The notes under the pieces: model-generated
What the model saw: the letters and a program-made list of their open reading frames with translations, nothing else
The model's database searches: none
What the model was told of the DNA's origin: nothing
Origin: Octopus vulgaris
Taxonomy: Eukaryota
DNA: 64,000 bases
Assembly: GCA_951406725.2 (NCBI GenBank)
Contig: OX597840.1
Coordinates: 31,868,001-31,932,000, forward strand
Direction: 5' to 3'
Made by a program: the position numbers and the translations under genes
Shown here: one piece after another, positions 11,140 through 24,748 of the stretch
Numbering within the stretch: position 1 is the stretch's first letter
How the letters are laid out: each line of letters opens with the position of its first letter

Positions 11140-11460
11140 CATAAGTATTCTTATGGTTCCAAAACGCATGGTTCTCAGTTCAGTCCCACTGTGTGGTAAC
11201 TTGGCATGTGTCTTCTACTATAGCCTGAGACCAACCAAAGCCTTGTCAGTGGATTTTGTAGACAGAAACTGAAAGAAATCAATCGTATATATATCTATGT
11301 ATGTATGTAAGTCTGTGTGTGTGTCTTTGTGTTTCTCCCTCATCACTGCTTCACAACTGGTGTTCGTTTATTTACATCCCCATAACATACTGGTTTCACA
11401 AGAAGAAACTGATAGAATAAGTACCAGGCTTATCAAAATTTAAAAAAGCTCTACGTTGTC
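11140..11460 (+). mobile_element. Decayed SINE family B copy
   Basis: Matches the body of 24187-24590 (GTTCAGTCCCACTG...GAAACTGAAAGAA...GATAGAATAAGTAC). Confidence 0.75.
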
Positions 11461-11543
11461 TCACATATATATTGGATTTCGTGGACAGGAACTGAAACAA
11501 ATCAATCGTATATATATGTATGTATATATGTAAGTGTATGTGT

Positions 11544-14233
11544 TTTAGTATTGGCAACATGAATGACAATGGCCAGAGACTACTTGAATTTTGCACATAC
11601 CATAACCTGTGCATCACCAACACATTCTTTCCCAACAAGACATCCCACAAGGCATCTTGGAGACATCCAAGATCTCACCACTGGCATCAGTTGGATCTCA
11701 TCATTACACGAAGATCCTTTCTGAATTCTGTTCAACTGACCCGTAGCGCGGATTGTGACACAGATCATTCACTAATAAGAAGGGTGAGGATTCTGCCTAA
11801 AAAGTCCATCACTCCAAGAAAATGAGCCAACCACGCATTAACACTGCCAGAACCTCGGACCCTACACTGCGACAATGTTTTGCTGTTTCTATCAAGGTTG
11901 CCCTCAGTAGCTGCCCAACCTCCTCTGCTGAAAGTAGGTGGAATTATATCAGGGAAGCTTTGTATACCACATCAATAGATACTTTCGGAATGAGAGAAAG
12001 GTAAAACCCAGATTTTGTTCAGTGCTGGGCTCTCAGAGCTGGAAACAGTTATCGAAGCAAAGCGTGCAGCTCTGATGCAATACAAGAGTGTTTCTTCTAC
12101 AAAGTCACTCGAAGAACTCAGAAAGGCAAGAAATAAAACCCAACTCACTGCCAGACGCTGTGCAAATGGGTATTGACAGGAAATCTGTCAGAGTATCCAG
12201 TCAGCTGCTGACAGTGGTGACACCCGTGGGATGTATGCCGGTTTGAAGAAGGCCCTCGGTCCATCCGCAACCACCTCAGCCCCTCTGAAATCAACTACTG
12301 GAGATCTCATCAAGGACCAAAGCAAGCAAAAGGATACATGGATGGAGTACTACCAGGATCCCTACACACGAGAGGTAGCTGAGGCTGCAATCGAGGGTGT
12401 CAAGATCTTGCCAGTCATGTGTGAACTTGACAGTCTGCCATCTATAGCAGAGCTCACCAAATCTATTGACTCCCTAGCAAGTAACAAGGCTCCGGGGAAA
12501 GACGGCATCCCCTTAGAGATCATCAAAACCGGCAAAAATACCATCCTGCTTCGGCACATTCATGAGCTTCTGTGTCAGTGCTGGTAAGAGGGTACAGTCC
12601 CTCAGAATATGCGGGATGCTAACATCATTACGCTTTACAAAAATAAAAGTGACCGTGATGATTGTAACAATTACCGTGGAATATCTCTTCTAAGCACAGT
12701 TGGAAAGGCCTCTGCTCGCATTATCCTGTCCAGGCTGCAACTAATTGCTTCTCGAATTTATCCAGAATCGCAGTGTGGCTTTAGAAGCAGATCAACTATT
12801 GACATGATATTCTCCATACGCCAACTTCAGAAGTCCAGAGAGCAGAACATGCCATTATATATGGCCTTCATTGATCTGACAAAGGGCTTTGACTTGGTAA
12901 GTAGAAAAGGCCTCTTCATCCTGCTCCAGAAAATCGGATGCTGAGGATCATCAAATCATTCCATGCTAATATGCAAGGCACCATACAGCACAATGGTTCA
13001 ACATCAGCCGCCTTCCAAATAAAAAATGGGGTAGAGCAAGGTTGTGTCCTTGCTCCTACATTATTTGGCATCTTCTTCTCGCTGCTGCTGTCACATGCCT
13101 TTGAGACATCAGATGATGGAGTGTTTCTGCACAGTAGAAGTGATGGGAAACTGTTTAATCTCTCGCGTCTGCGTGCCAAGACCAAAATCTCAGAAGCGTC
13201 CTGATCAAGGAGATGCTATTTGCTGATGATGCCGCTCTGGTATCACACACAGAAGAAGCCCTACGAAGGCTCAGCAACTGTTTTGAGCAAGCATTTGGCA
13301 ACTTTGGCTTAGTTATCAGCCTCAAGAATACCAACATCATGGGTCAGGCTACATCGGACATCCCAAACATACATATTGGAGACCACAGAGTATAGGAGGT
13401 GGAGAAGTTTACCTATCTTGGCTCTACCGTCACCTACAACCTATCCCTTGATGCTGAGCTCAATATACGCATTGGCAAGGCAGCTGCTGTGATGGCCCAA
13501 CTCACCAAACGCGCATGGGACAACAATAAGCTGACCAAGACCACAAAAATGAAGATTTACCAGGCATGTGTACTTAGCACTCTACTGTATGACTTTGACG
13601 CCATACACACGCCATACGACGCCATACGTCGCCTAAATATCTTTCACTTGCGCTGTCTCCGGAAAATCCATCGCATCAAATGGCAGAATCATGTCCCTAA
13701 CAAAGATGTCCTCAAGCAAGCAGGAATACCAAGCATGTTTGCACTCTTCACACAAAGACGTATGAGATCGCTTGGACATGTAAGCCGTATGGAAGATGGC
13801 AGAATCCCCAAGGACATACTCAACGGAGAGCTTGCTAGGGGCACTAGGTCTGTGGGAAGACCGTTCTTACGATACAAGGATGTTTGCAAAAGGGACATGA
13901 ATGCCTGCAACATCAATATTACCAACTGGGAAGCAGTTGCCAGCAACCGTGGAGATTGGCGATGTATCGTAAAAGAGGGAACACAAAGGAGTGACATAGT
14001 GAGAAAGGAGAAATGGAAAGACAAGAAAAGACGTCAACAAAAAACTATGACATTAAGACCAGTCAGGCAAAGTCTTCGCTACATTTACGGCACCTGCCAG
14101 AGGGAGTGTTTGTCCCGGATAGGACTACACAGCCACAGCAAGAGATGTATTAGGACATGAAATGTAAAAGCCGGACTAGATTATTTTATGCGCAACTCCA
14201 TTGTCTCCTGAGACAAAAAGGATGCCAACAACA
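11544..14233 (+). mobile_element. 5'-truncated, decayed RTE-clade (BovB-like) LINE with (CAA)n tail
   Basis: Fragments include APE end (SWRHPRSHHWHQLDLII, DCDTDH), RT (KAPGKDGIP, NYRGISLLS, FIDLTKGFD, QGCVLAP, LFADD) and C-terminal CQRECLSRIGLHSH; multiple stops and frameshifts; tail GATGCCAACAACAA. Confidence 0.93.
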
Positions 14234-14513
14234 ATATATATGGATTTCGTAGACAGGAACTGTAACAAATAAATCGTATATATATGTATGTATATATGTA
14301 AGTGTATGTGTGTGTCTTTGTCTCTGTGTTTCGCCCTCATCACTGCTTCACAACTGCTGTTCACTTATTTACATCCACATAACTTACTGGTTTCACAAGA
14401 ACAAACTAATAGAGTAAGTACTAGGCTTATCAACATAAAAAAGCACTAGGCTGTGTCTCATATTTTTGTTTGCCCACTCAGTTGTATCTATCAATTTATC
14501 TTTGTGTGTGTGT

Positions 14514-14514
14514 A

Positions 14515-14573
<59 letters not shown>

Positions 14574-15886
14574 CACCCTAATGGGAGCCATAAATCCCAA
14601 ATTTTAGTAATTTCTTTTATGATCCAAAACTTGGTCAAAAGTACTGAATGGATCTTTATGAAATTTGGAAATTATATTCTATGCATAAGGGCCATAACGC
14701 CCATGACAATTCATATATTTTTGCTGTTGATGAAATTTTAACCATAGACATTAGACACAAATGAAGTAATATCTATAAAATTTCATCTTACAAAGTTAGA
14801 AAGACCCCTCCATGGGGACTTAACATCTACAATTTTGTCATTTTATCTAAGCAAAAATGAATACAGTTGTGCTCTTGGAAGCTGTAGGGTTACCCGAGCA
14901 TAAAAGATGAGCATTATTTGTAATTCAATGGTACAACAGTGTAACAGTTTGCTTTGACATACACTTACATTGTGATTTCTGCAATGTGCTGCATAAATTG
15001 TCAAGTAAATGAGAGGCATCTTTGCCTCCACTGATTCAGTTGCAAAGTGTAGAGTAAAATTTATTTGATTGCAGACCTCCTTTCAGTCTTTTTATTATCA
15101 CTCGGTCACACATAGTCCCCAGATGGTAACATTGATTTCAAGGCCTTCCCAGATGAGTGACTGGTTATTCGAAGACATTTATAGATTTTAAATTTATTCT
15201 GTCCAGTTACGTATCAGTATAGTGGTCATTTGCAAACTACAGAGGTGACACTTTCATTTCTCCTTAGCTCTCACGTCAAACAGTTGTTAATGTTGATTTC
15301 AGTTGGGTCACGCCCTTCCAATTGCTATAGATTCGAATGCATCTTACGGCTGTGCATGTCACCTGGATGGTGAGGAATCCTACATTAGGAGTGGTAACGA
15401 CTAGGGTAGGGTAACTGACTGCTTATTGTGATCATTCGTCTTTTGGTTTCCTGTAGCTTTGCTCTCTTTTACAAACCCAGTGAACATATATTTCCTATTT
15501 CAAAGAAATTCAAACAATAGATATAAGACCCAAGTTAAAAAGATTTTCAACAATTCAACTTCTCTGGTTGACATTAAGATGCCTACCCCCAACAGGGGCC
15601 TTAACTCTCACATTTTAGAGCTCCATGACCTTCATTTTTCAGGAACAAAATCTTTTTAACAAGTTAAATAAGACTGGAATTTTGGAATATGCGCATAAAA
15701 ATCAGGATTATGGGATACATGTGGCACGATTACAATTTTTTAGGGTGTGTAAAGATTGAAATAACCCTCATCTGCAATTTTGATGAAATTCGAAACATAG
15801 ATATTCCAGTTCATCACAGAAGATATAACAGAAAAGTCTAATTCTCCAATTGAATGTAATCGGGCAACGCCGGGTATCTCTGCTAG
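14514..15886 (+). mobile_element. Probable non-autonomous Helitron
   Basis: 3' end CGGGCAACGCCGGG...CTGCTAG|T as in the other Helitrons here; 5' TC(TA)n start is less certain. Confidence 0.55.
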
Positions 15887-16258
15887 TTATATATAAATAT
15901 AAATAAGTAAAAGATATGCAATAAATATAAATATGTATATAAAAGTAAAAATGTACATATATATATATATATATATTCTTTCTTTTCTTTCTTTTATTCT
16001 TTTACTTGTTTCGACCCGAACACTTCTTTAAAGTAATTCTATATATTTCGCAAGAAAGAACAATAATATTATGTATATACATGCCACCATCGGGGGGACA
16101 AACACAAACACACACACAGTTTCCGTCTACCAAATTCACTCACAAGGCTTTGGTTGGCCTGAGGCTCTAGTAGAAGACCAAGGCGTCACGCAATGGGGCT
16201 GAACCCAGAACCATGTGGTTGGTAAGCAGGCTACTTACCACACAGCCACTCATGCATA

Positions 16259-16328
<70 letters not shown>

Positions 16329-16590
16329 TGTGTGTCTGTGTGTAGTTTGACAAGTGTCAATGAACGAAACTCTCGCCCCTCGAGTCACTCTGTTGCTTCT
16401 GCTAAATATTGATAAACACATATATGATGAGCTTTTTCAGATTCCGTCAACCACATCTACTCACAAGGGTTTAGTCGACTCAGGGCTATAGTAGAAACAC
16501 CCGCTCAAAGTGCCACGCAGCTGGACTGAACCCGGAACGGCTTACAACACAGTCACGCCTGCTTCTATTCACATATATACATGATATATA

Positions 16591-16820
16591 TTTCTTTTAC
16601 TACCCACAAGGGGCTAAACATAGAGGGGACAAACAAGGACAGACAAACGGATTAAGTCGATTACATCGACCCAGTGCGAAACTGGTACTTTATTTATCGA
16701 CCCCGAGAGGATGAAAGGCAAAGTCGACCTCGGCGGAATTTGAACTCAGAACGTAGCGGCAGACGAAATACTGCTAAGCATTTCGCCCGGCGTGCTAACG
16801 CTTCTGCCAGCTCGCCGCCT
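16591..16820 (-). mobile_element. tRNA-derived SINE family A (Tx1-like tail)
   Basis: A-box-like TGGCAGAAGCGTTAG, B-box GAGTTCAAATTCC, central GCCTTTCATCCT..GGGGTCGATAAA domain, tail matching Tx1 3' end. Confidence 0.9.
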
Positions 16821-17516
16821 CTTGCATATAAATCTATGTGCGTATATAGACACAGTTATACATACACATACCTAGTCATAGATGGCTACACACACTAACA
16901 CACACGTACACATACACATGCAAGTAGTCACACGAGTGTACACACAACCACACACATACGCACGCACACACACACACACACATACACACTCGCACGCACG
17001 CACATAATCTCCTTTCCTCTCACCCTTATTCTTCTAAGCAAACACACATCTACACACACATAGAAAGGCATGCATGCACGCAGACATAAGATTAATTCGC
17101 GGCCAAATTCAGGGCAGACGTTGAAGAGAAAGGACAAGCTATTGAAAAGGTCGCGAAAAATAGCGACGAACGGACATTCACGAAGAAATAAAACCTTGAT
17201 TGTTTAACCAGCACGTTAAACAAACGATCGATTACGAAGTTGGTCAGATGTGTAACCATATCGTTATTGGCATAATGACCCTCCCAAGAAGCAACAAGAT
17301 GTGTGTGTGTATACATGTGTGAGTGTGTGTGCGTATGTGTATATATGTATGTGTGTGTGTGTGTATGTATGTATGTGTGTGTGTGTGGCAAAAACAGATC
17401 GATAGAATAAGTACTAGGCTTACAAAGAATAATCCCTAGAGTCGATTTGCTCGACTAAAGGCAGTGCTCCAGCATGGCCAAAGTCAAATGACTGTAACAA
17501 ATAAAAGAATAAAAGA

Positions 17517-17563
<47 letters not shown>

Positions 17564-17564
<1 letters not shown>

Positions 17565-17957
17565 TAGCAGTGTCGCCCGGCGTTGCTCGGGTTTGTAAGG
17601 GAAATAACTATATAAGCATTTTTAGAGATGTAAAGTATAATAGCCATCTCAATATGGCTAACCACAAAGGGGGGGGGTGTTACTGTAGCTTTTTACATTC
17701 TGAGATTTAATAATACATTTTAGAGAGTTACTTCCCTTATATAAACCAAGCGAAAATGCATTAAAAATGCGGAAAAAATTATGGTAATTTTTTTTTAATC
17801 GTAAACTCATCGTAGACGTGCGCTAATACCCAGAAGGGCTCGATATGAATCACAACTATAAGATACCCGCTTTTGGTTACACTGCACCGCAAAATGAGGG
17901 AGTAGTTAGGAATCTAAATCGTAGGAGACAGACACACAACTTCACTTTTATATATAA

Positions 17958-17960
<3 letters not shown>
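17564..17960 (-). mobile_element. Non-autonomous Helitron
   Basis: 5' TCTTTATATATAAAAG; 3' hairpin CCCGAGCAACGCCGGG then CTAG; repeated at 21637, 47131 and 48781. Confidence 0.85.
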
Positions 17961-18002
<42 letters not shown>

Positions 18003-18016
18003 CACATATATATACA

Positions 18017-18074
<58 letters not shown>

Positions 18075-18083
18075 TATATATAC

Positions 18084-18134
<51 letters not shown>

Positions 18135-18201
18135 GAGGGAATATCATTCATAACTTACAGGGAAAAATTCAATTTCGAAATACTAAATCAAATTTCACAA
18201 A

Positions 18202-18241
<40 letters not shown>

Positions 18242-18418
18242 TAGAAAAAAACACCTTTTATCAATTCAAAATGAACAATTAAATTACACCATCTAGAAAA
18301 TTACATATAATAGAAATATTAAATATAAAATAACAATAATATACCGATGATTAAGTAATGTGCAAAATAATAAATAAATCGTATATATCATGAATTGATA
18401 AAAGGTGGTTTTTTTCTA

Positions 18419-18464
<46 letters not shown>

Positions 18465-18578
18465 CAATAATAATTCTCTAAACGAGGTATATACAGTAAC
18501 TGCTCCATAACATAAGGGACGTTAGCCATCCTAATGTGGCTGTCCCTAGCCACATTCGGATGGCTAACGTCCCTTATG

Positions 18579-18610
<32 letters not shown>

Positions 18611-18746
18611 CATAATTAAATCTCAGAATGAGATTGAAACAGTAATCGCTCGATAATGTAATGTATAGAAGCCATCTTATCATGGGTAACCACATTGGGG
18701 ATCCCCAATGTGGTTAGCGATGATAAGATGGCTTCTATACTTTTAC

Positions 18747-18805
<59 letters not shown>

Positions 18806-19681
18806 TACACACATGTGAGTGAGAACACTTTGAGATATTTTTGGTATCTAACATATGTCAGATACTGCGAGCGCTGCTTCTGATTGGTCAATCCATGGTG
18901 ATGACCCGAGGTCACGGTGACAGCGCTGCTTCTGATTGGTCAATCCATGGTGATGACCCGACGTCACGGTGACGGTACTATTTTTGTCATTCATAAGTTA
19001 CAACTAAACGTGAAGAATTTAGTTATTGGGTTAATAAAATATGGTCGTTTATTCGTGTGTAATAAATAAAATACCAAACTCATTCCCTATGGATATCGTA
19101 TTTATTACAACTCGTTTACAAGCCACACGTTGTAATAAATACGGTAGCCATAGGGAACTCGTTTGGTATTCTCTATATATATTCAGTCAAACTAATGCAC
19201 CTGCTTGTTATTCCTGCACCTGTCTTCGTCTTTTGTTGTTTTCTGTAAATATATCCTTTTATATATGTGTGCTGCAAGATTCTTGATGTGAAACCGTGCG
19301 TTGAAACAGATATTGTTGTATTTCGAGATAGTTATTTTTTTCCCTCTTTTTCCCAAATAAACAGGCGCACTATATAATTCCCTTTTCACTCATTTATTAC
19401 TGTTCTTATTCCAATTTATGTTTATCGTCTGGAAATCTTTCGTCACACCTCTGTGAACTCTTCAGCGACACTTTCTGTCTTCGTGTGTACTCTTGCTCCG
19501 CTTTTATACATATACACACATACGGGTAAAACCCTTGTGGTATGCTATATAAAGCTCGTATAAAGTCTTACTCAAAGAATGTGCATTTCACACCTTGAAT
19601 TGGTGATAATGATTACACAACATCTCACCAATGAACAAGTGTAAAAATGTGTCGAAACAATTGTAATGTTTATAGATAATG

Positions 19682-19731
<50 letters not shown>

Positions 19732-20192
19732 ATGCATGTATGTATGTATGTATGTATGTATGTATGTATGTATGTATGTATGTATGTATGTATGTATGTA
19801 TGTATGTATGTATGTATGTGTGTATGTATATACTTACATATATATGTATATACATATGCATATATGGGTACAGGACGTCACAGAAGGTAAACAACAGGAA
19901 ATACGAAATACGAAAATATGGAATACGAACTTTTTTGCGAACAGCGAAAGAAACAATATTATCGATAATGCCCGAAATTGCGTTTGACTCCTCTTGCTGA
20001 TAACTGATGAAGAATTTGTGACCTTGTGTGTTTTCTGTTCGCCTGTGCATTTAGTATGTGTTCGTTTGTTTATTTACAATACGTTTATTTTTAATTATAT
20101 ATATATAGATATGTCATATTTTCAGTTTGTTCTCTTTTTATTTAATCCTGAAGATATTATTTATGTAACGCACGCACTCATTAATCTTTTAC

Positions 20193-20236
<44 letters not shown>

Positions 20237-20449
20237 GTGTGTGTGTGTGTGTGAGTGTGCAGGCGTGTGTGTGTGTGTAGTTCAAATTTACAGAAAACAA
20301 ACGACGAAGACAGGTGAAAGAACAACAAGCAGAGTTTGAAGGTTTTTTAGTTATAGAAATCGACCCCAGGACTTACTCTTTGGAACCCTAGCACTTATTC
20401 TATCGGTTTCTTTTTCCAAAACGCTAAGTTACGGGACGTGTATATATAT

Positions 20450-20532
<83 letters not shown>

Positions 20533-21003
20533 CGTAGGAGTGACTGTGTGACAAGAAGTTTGCTGCCTGGTCACTAGGTCAAATAGATTTGGACGATGGA
20601 AACTGAAAAAAGCCCGTCGTATATACGTGTTTGTGGGCCGGAGGGGGCTAGCTTCGTGCTTGTCCCAGACAACTGCTTGTTGACTTCCTTTCCATCCCCG
20701 CAACTTAGAAGTTCGACGAAATTAACCGATAGAATATGTCGAATGACTGAGACAAGTAAATGTTTTTTTAGATATATCGTAGTAATATCTAATGTAGTTG
20801 TGGTTTACGACCAGTCAGGACGTTACCATTGGTTTCACACTTTTTATACTCTTAGCAATATAGACGTCTCCCACTGCTAAGAACGTAAAAGGCGCGAAAG
20901 CAATGGTGACTCCCTGACAGGCCATACCAGCCACATAGTTTCGGGTTCATTCACACTGCGTGGCACCTTAGAACCTAGGGTTGGATTCAAAATTCTACCA
21001 GGA

Positions 21004-21045
21004 CACCTGATGAAGGCTGGAGAGTAAATCAGCCGAAATTTTGTG
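21004..21045 (+). ncRNA. Decayed type I hammerhead-ribozyme motif
   Basis: cac-CTGATGA-a-ggctg..cagcc-GAAA-tt-TT-gtg; stems I and II pair, stem III mutated. Confidence 0.55.
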
Positions 21046-21636
21046 GTAGCAACAAACAAGATGAGGACAAATATCCGTCCAATGTAAAAAATGTAAATAT
21101 TGTACAGAATTCCTCATCTCTAAAATATAGAACAATTTATGATTGTTTCAAAAATTCCATGTTGACTTAATCTTGCATTGTGTTTTTAAACGACTCCACA
21201 ATTAATGATGTAGTCATATCCGTTGTACAGATACCCCGTTCATAGAAATGATCCCTCGCAACTCTACAAAAAATAATATGCTGAAGTGTTTGTCTACCGC
21301 TTAAATATAGGACATTAATCAATGTTTATAGTGGACGGCACAGCGGTCACGTTTATAAACATGATTGAAGATAAGTCAAAATGAATTTGTAGAAATAATT
21401 GTAAACTATGAAACAAAAATAATAACGCAAACTCCACTTTTCAGTGCTTATTACTTCTGTAACCTCTCAGAGGAAACATGACTCCTCCTTCACTCCTCTC
21501 CACCCTTCATTTATGGTTTGAGAATAATTCTATAATTGTTGTAAACTGGAATGGAACTTACTCTCTTTCTGCTCACATCCATTCACCATTTAATGCTACT
21601 TGCTTTGCATCTTTTAGAGAGATAGATTAGATATAA

Positions 21637-22035
21637 CTAGCAGTATCGCCCGGCGTTGCTCGGGTTTGTAAGGGAAATAACTATATAAGCATTTTTAGAG
21701 AGTTATAGCCAAAAAATAGCCAAAAAAATGCATTAAAAATGGAAAAAAATGATGGTAAATTTTTTTTTAAATCGTTGACTCATCGTAGACATTTTTAGAG
21801 AGTTACTTCCCTTATATAATAGCAAAACAAATGCATTAAAATGGAAAAAAATGATGGTAAATTTTTTTTTAAATCGTAGACTCATCGTAGACGCGCGCTA
21901 ATACCCAGAAGGGCTCGATATGAATCACGACTATAAGATACCTGGTTTTGGTTAAACTGCACCGCAAAATGTGGGAGTAGTTAGGAATCTAAATCGTAGG
22001 AGACAGACACACAACCTCTCTTTTATATATAAAGA
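21637..22035 (-). mobile_element. Non-autonomous Helitron
   Basis: Same termini and body as 17564-17960. Confidence 0.85.
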
Positions 22036-22089
22036 TAAACTCAAAGAGCAACTAGAAAGTGAAAGTAGTATCTAACTTAGGATGTCTCA

Positions 22090-22500
22090 TAGATAGTGGT
22101 GGCAATGGTGTTGGAGGTGGTAGATGTGGTTATCATGGCAGTGGTGGTGGTGGTGTAGTGGTGACAGTGGATGTGTATGATGGCAGCAATTATAGTGTTG
22201 GTGTTTTTGTAGAGGTGGTGGTGGTGGCGGCGGCAGTGGATGATAATGATAATGATGATGATAGTAGTAGTAGCATTGATTATGTTAGGATATCTCATGG
22301 ATGGTAGTGTTGAAGACATTGCAGAGTGTAGTGGTGGTGAAATTGGTGATTTTGAATATGATGCTGGTATTGATCTTGGGGTTGTGGTTGCAGAAGATGG
22401 TTGTGGTGGTGGCATTGGAGGTTGTAGTAATGGTTGTAGTGGTGGTTGTGAAGATGATTCTGATATTGATAGTCTTTGCATTGAGGTGGTGGCAGAGTCA
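22090..22500. repeat. Degenerate (GGT/GAT)n low-complexity tract
   Basis: Trinucleotide-derived sequence. Confidence 0.8.
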
Positions 22501-23235
22501 GAGTAAATAATAAGAGCCCAGTTAACACAAGATTCTTAAATTTCGGAGATCATAAGATAGAGAGCAAGAAGTTAAAAGTTCCAATACTGGCCCAATACCT
22601 ACACCCCAGATTCTTCAACTATTTTATAAGAAAGGGGTTAATGGCAGGATAGGGATTCAGCTTTAAAATAAATTGTATAACAAAAAATACATAAATAAAT
22701 TACTGCTCCAACGATGTAATTTTAGTATGTGTGTATGTATGTATGTGTGTGTGTGTGTGTGTGTAAGCAATGCAAACAATGGAAAATAATTTAAACACTC
22801 ATTTTCTGATGTCTAAGGATGGATATTTATGCGTATGAATCTTTTTCTTTTTATATTCTTTCAAAATAATTCTAGGGAACTGAAAAAGCTGTGTACGATG
22901 CCAAGCGAATTTAGCTATTTACGATGAGCGGATGTTTACGTTACAAACGAATCTCTAGGTCTGTTTACATGTTTACGTTAACTACGTCACAAAATAGCTG
23001 TTTACGTCACAGTAACAATATTTTGAGAGGCAGTAAATAATATGAGGTCGAAAGAAAGAATATCATTGGTTAAAATTCGAATTTTTAAACAACGTTAGAC
23101 TTAGAAATTACAATTCCGTTTTCATTTTGGTTTACAATTATGTTTTCTTTTGACACATTCTACCAGTATACGAAGTTTCAAATTGTTTAGTTAACTAGGA
23201 AAATCTGGCCTTCAAACTAAAAAGATCCAGATTTT

Positions 23236-23760
23236 CTAACTAGAAAAGAGTATGGCCTGGTCAGTCTGTAATGACATGCATAAGATCTGGTCATCAAATC
23301 TAATTAGAGACTTCAAACTTGAAATCTTCAAAGCGACAGTCGAACTAATTCTACTATATGGCTCAGAAACCTGGACGTTATCAAAGAAGCTTGAGAGGCG
23401 GTTGGATGGAACCTACACTCGCTTCCTTATGAGAGCTCAAAATCTCTCGTGGAAGCGCCATCCAACCAAAATGCAAATATATGGGAAACTACCACCTGTG
23501 TCATATCTTGTGAAAGATAGAAGAGTCCAGTTTGCTGGACATTGTTGTAGAGCTGAAAAAGAGGTAATTTCTACTCTTCTCCTCTGGAAGCAATCTACTC
23601 GCAATACCAGAGGGCGCACTCTCTCCTACCCTGATGTAATCTCCAGGGATACATGCATCAAGCAACAAGACCTTCGTAATGCCATGATGGATAGTGAAGT
23701 CTGGCGTAACATAGTAAATTCCATTGTCTTGACCACGGTCGAACAATGAATGAACGAAGG
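23236..23760 (+). mobile_element. 3' fragment of RTE/RTEX-type LINE
   Basis: ILLYGSETWTLSKKLERRLDGTYTR...FAGHC post-RT motif; second copy at 51990-52584. Confidence 0.85.
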
Positions 23761-24186
23761 TGTATAGACACACCCACATAGATGCACGCATAAGCATATA
23801 TTAAGACAGTGTGAATTAACGGCTGATAATTAAAGGCGGAAAGTAAATGACTCAAATGTGATAAATGCATGTTAATTAAAATCTGAACAATTAAAATTAA
23901 AATAAAATTTCCAAAGTGATTCCCAAAACTATAGATGTTACTGCGAAGTGGGTGAGCTGTTTCTTGTTGTTGTTGTTGTTGTTGTCATTGTTGTTGTTGT
24001 AGGACCAGATGTAATAAAGTGTGCAACTTTTATTTACTAAAGCTTTTTGTCTACGAGGCTTCTCATTATAATGATGGAAAAAGCAACAAAGTGAAGAAAT
24101 AAGTAAATATGGAAGGGTGAGAGAATACATGCACATTTACACACATATATGGGTGTGTATATAATATATATATATATATATATATA

Positions 24187-24590
24187 GGTGCAGGAGTGGC
24201 TGTGTGGTAAGTAGCTTGCTAACCAACCACATGGTTCCGGGTTCAGCCCCACTGCGTGGCATCTTGGGCAGGTGTCTTCTGCTACTATAGCCCCGGGCCG
24301 ACCAATACCTTGTCAGTAGATTTGGTAGACGGAAACTGAAAGAAGCCTGACGTATATATGTATATATATATATATGTGTATGTGTGTTTGTCCCCCTAGC
24401 ATTGCTTGACAACCGATGCTGGTGTGTTTACGTCCCTGTCACTTAGCGGTTCGGCAAAAAGAGACCGATAGAATAAGTACTGGGCTTACAAAGAATAAGT
24501 CCCAGGGTCGATTTGCTCGACTAAAGGTGGTGCTCCAGCATGGCCGCAGTCAAATGACTGAAACAAGTAAAAGAGAAAGAGAGTAAGAGT
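24187..24590 (+). mobile_element. Full-length SINE family B (tRNA-like head, CTTGGGCAAGT core-like motif, internal TA/TG microsatellite, CR1-like tail)
   Basis: Full copies also at 34222-34673(-), 45730-46177(-), 49205-49610(+), 57915-58322(-); many partial copies (e.g. 16080-16560, 24830-24986, 25618-25775, 35986-36345, 36950-37150, 38845-39008, 56565-56910, 58530-59050, 59705-59910). Confidence 0.9.
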
Positions 24591-24713
24591 ATATATATGA
24601 AATAAATCCACCTCCCCCCAAAAACGAAGAAGAACAAACACGAAAAGCAACAAACGCTAGGAAGTGCTACATGTAAAGTATTAAGCAGACACTCAAGGAA
24701 GGAAAGAAAGATG

Positions 24714-24748
24714 GTTTAACGTTTCGAGCAACGTTCTTCTTCAGAAAC
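24714..24748 (-). ncRNA. Minimal type I hammerhead motif in Penelope-like terminal repeat remnant
   Basis: gttt-CTGAAGA-a-gaac-gtt-gctc-GAAAC-GTT-aaac. Confidence 0.65.

Noticed and set aside
22059-22528. Gly/Asp-rich or Pro/Ser-rich ORFs
   Set aside because: Degenerate trinucleotide repeat open in several frames, with no splice or domain evidence.
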